Source of the DNA: a virus
DNA: 64,000 bases
Reading direction: 5' to 3' (one strand)
IMG/VR virus record: IMGVR_UViG_3300032084_001411
Coordinates: 2,484 to 66,483 of that record
Shown: in pieces, positions 63,518 to 64,000 of the stretch
How positions within the stretch are numbered: position 1 is the stretch's first letter
How the letters are laid out: each line of letters begins with the position of its first letter
Program-made: the position numbers and the translations under genes
Notes under the pieces: generated by a model
Databases searched by the model: none
The model's input: only the letters and a program-made list of their open reading frames with translations
Told to the model about the DNA's origin: nothing

Positions 63518-64000
63518 ATGTCAAATAAATTGTTTATTATCCGGGGCTTACCCGGTTCAGGGAAATCTACTTATGCAGTACAGCAAAACTTTATGAGTAA
63601 TAATAACTCAAATATTTTTGAAGCTGACCATTTCTTTGACAACCCCGCTAATCTTGTAGACTATCGTTTTGATGCTAGTCTTTTACAATATGCTCATACG
63701 AAATGTCTAGGGGATACAGCTTACCACTTACGGTGGAAAGGTGATGCTTATGTTGCGAATACCTTTACCCAATGGTGGGAGATAGAAAAATATTTGTTAA
63801 TGGCTAAAGCATTAGGTTGTGATACAGAAATTGTACTATGTACAGGCGGGTACGATAGCATACATGGTGTACCTGATGATGTCCTAACTAAAATGGCTAA
63901 GCGTATGCATACCAATCAATACATCTTTGATAAACTAAAAGATGATAGTGGTGTAACAGATATTGCAGTTTCTCTCTATATCTATACGCCGGAAGTTGAT
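63518..64000 (+). CDS. P-loop kinase/ATPase (AAA_33-like), runs off window end
   Basis: IIRGLPGSGKST, EADHFF, AH, ANTF, HGVP; open to 64000. Confidence 0.85.
   Translation, partial: MSNKLFIIRGLPGSGKSTYAVQQNFMSNNNSNIFEADHFFDNPANLVDYRFDASLLQYAHTKCLGDTAYHLRWKGDAYVANTFTQWWEIEKYLLMAKALGCDTEIVLCTGGYDSIHGVPDDVLTKMAKRMHTNQYIFDKLKDDSGVTDIAVSLYIYTPEVD

Noticed and set aside
1-64000. tRNA genes, integrase or repressor, alternative genetic code
   Set aside because: No cloverleaf or recombinase motifs seen, and long genes read through intact in the standard code.

Overview
About 64 kb of an AT-rich, lytic-looking tailed dsDNA phage genome with a podovirus-like gene set. Spanin candidates point to a Gram-negative host. 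No integrase, RNA polymerase, tRNA or CRISPR array was seen. 1-17.7 kb (+) is nucleotide metabolism and replication: metallophosphoesterase, MazG-like and dATP/dGTP diphosphohydrolases, SleB-type hydrolase, nucleotidyltransferase, T7-like primase-helicase, family A DNA polymerase, SSB, exonuclease, resolvase and class Id-like RNR. 17.7-52.7 kb (-) is the late arm: lysis cassette, internal virion proteins, tail, capsid, GroES/GroEL, portal and terminases. 51.6-54 kb is a mostly non-coding control/terminus region. 54-64 kb (+) is an early region: SAM-lyase-like protein, DenV, two amidoligase+GATase pairs and a P-loop kinase. There are three inteins. Two are ordinary LAGLIDADG inteins (helicase, terminase). 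The standout is the DNA polymerase intein (9170-10042). It has no endonuclease in its own frame, but a complete 245-aa HNH endonuclease gene (9262-9999) is overprinted inside it on the same strand in another reading frame. All calls come from motif recognition by eye; no searches were run.
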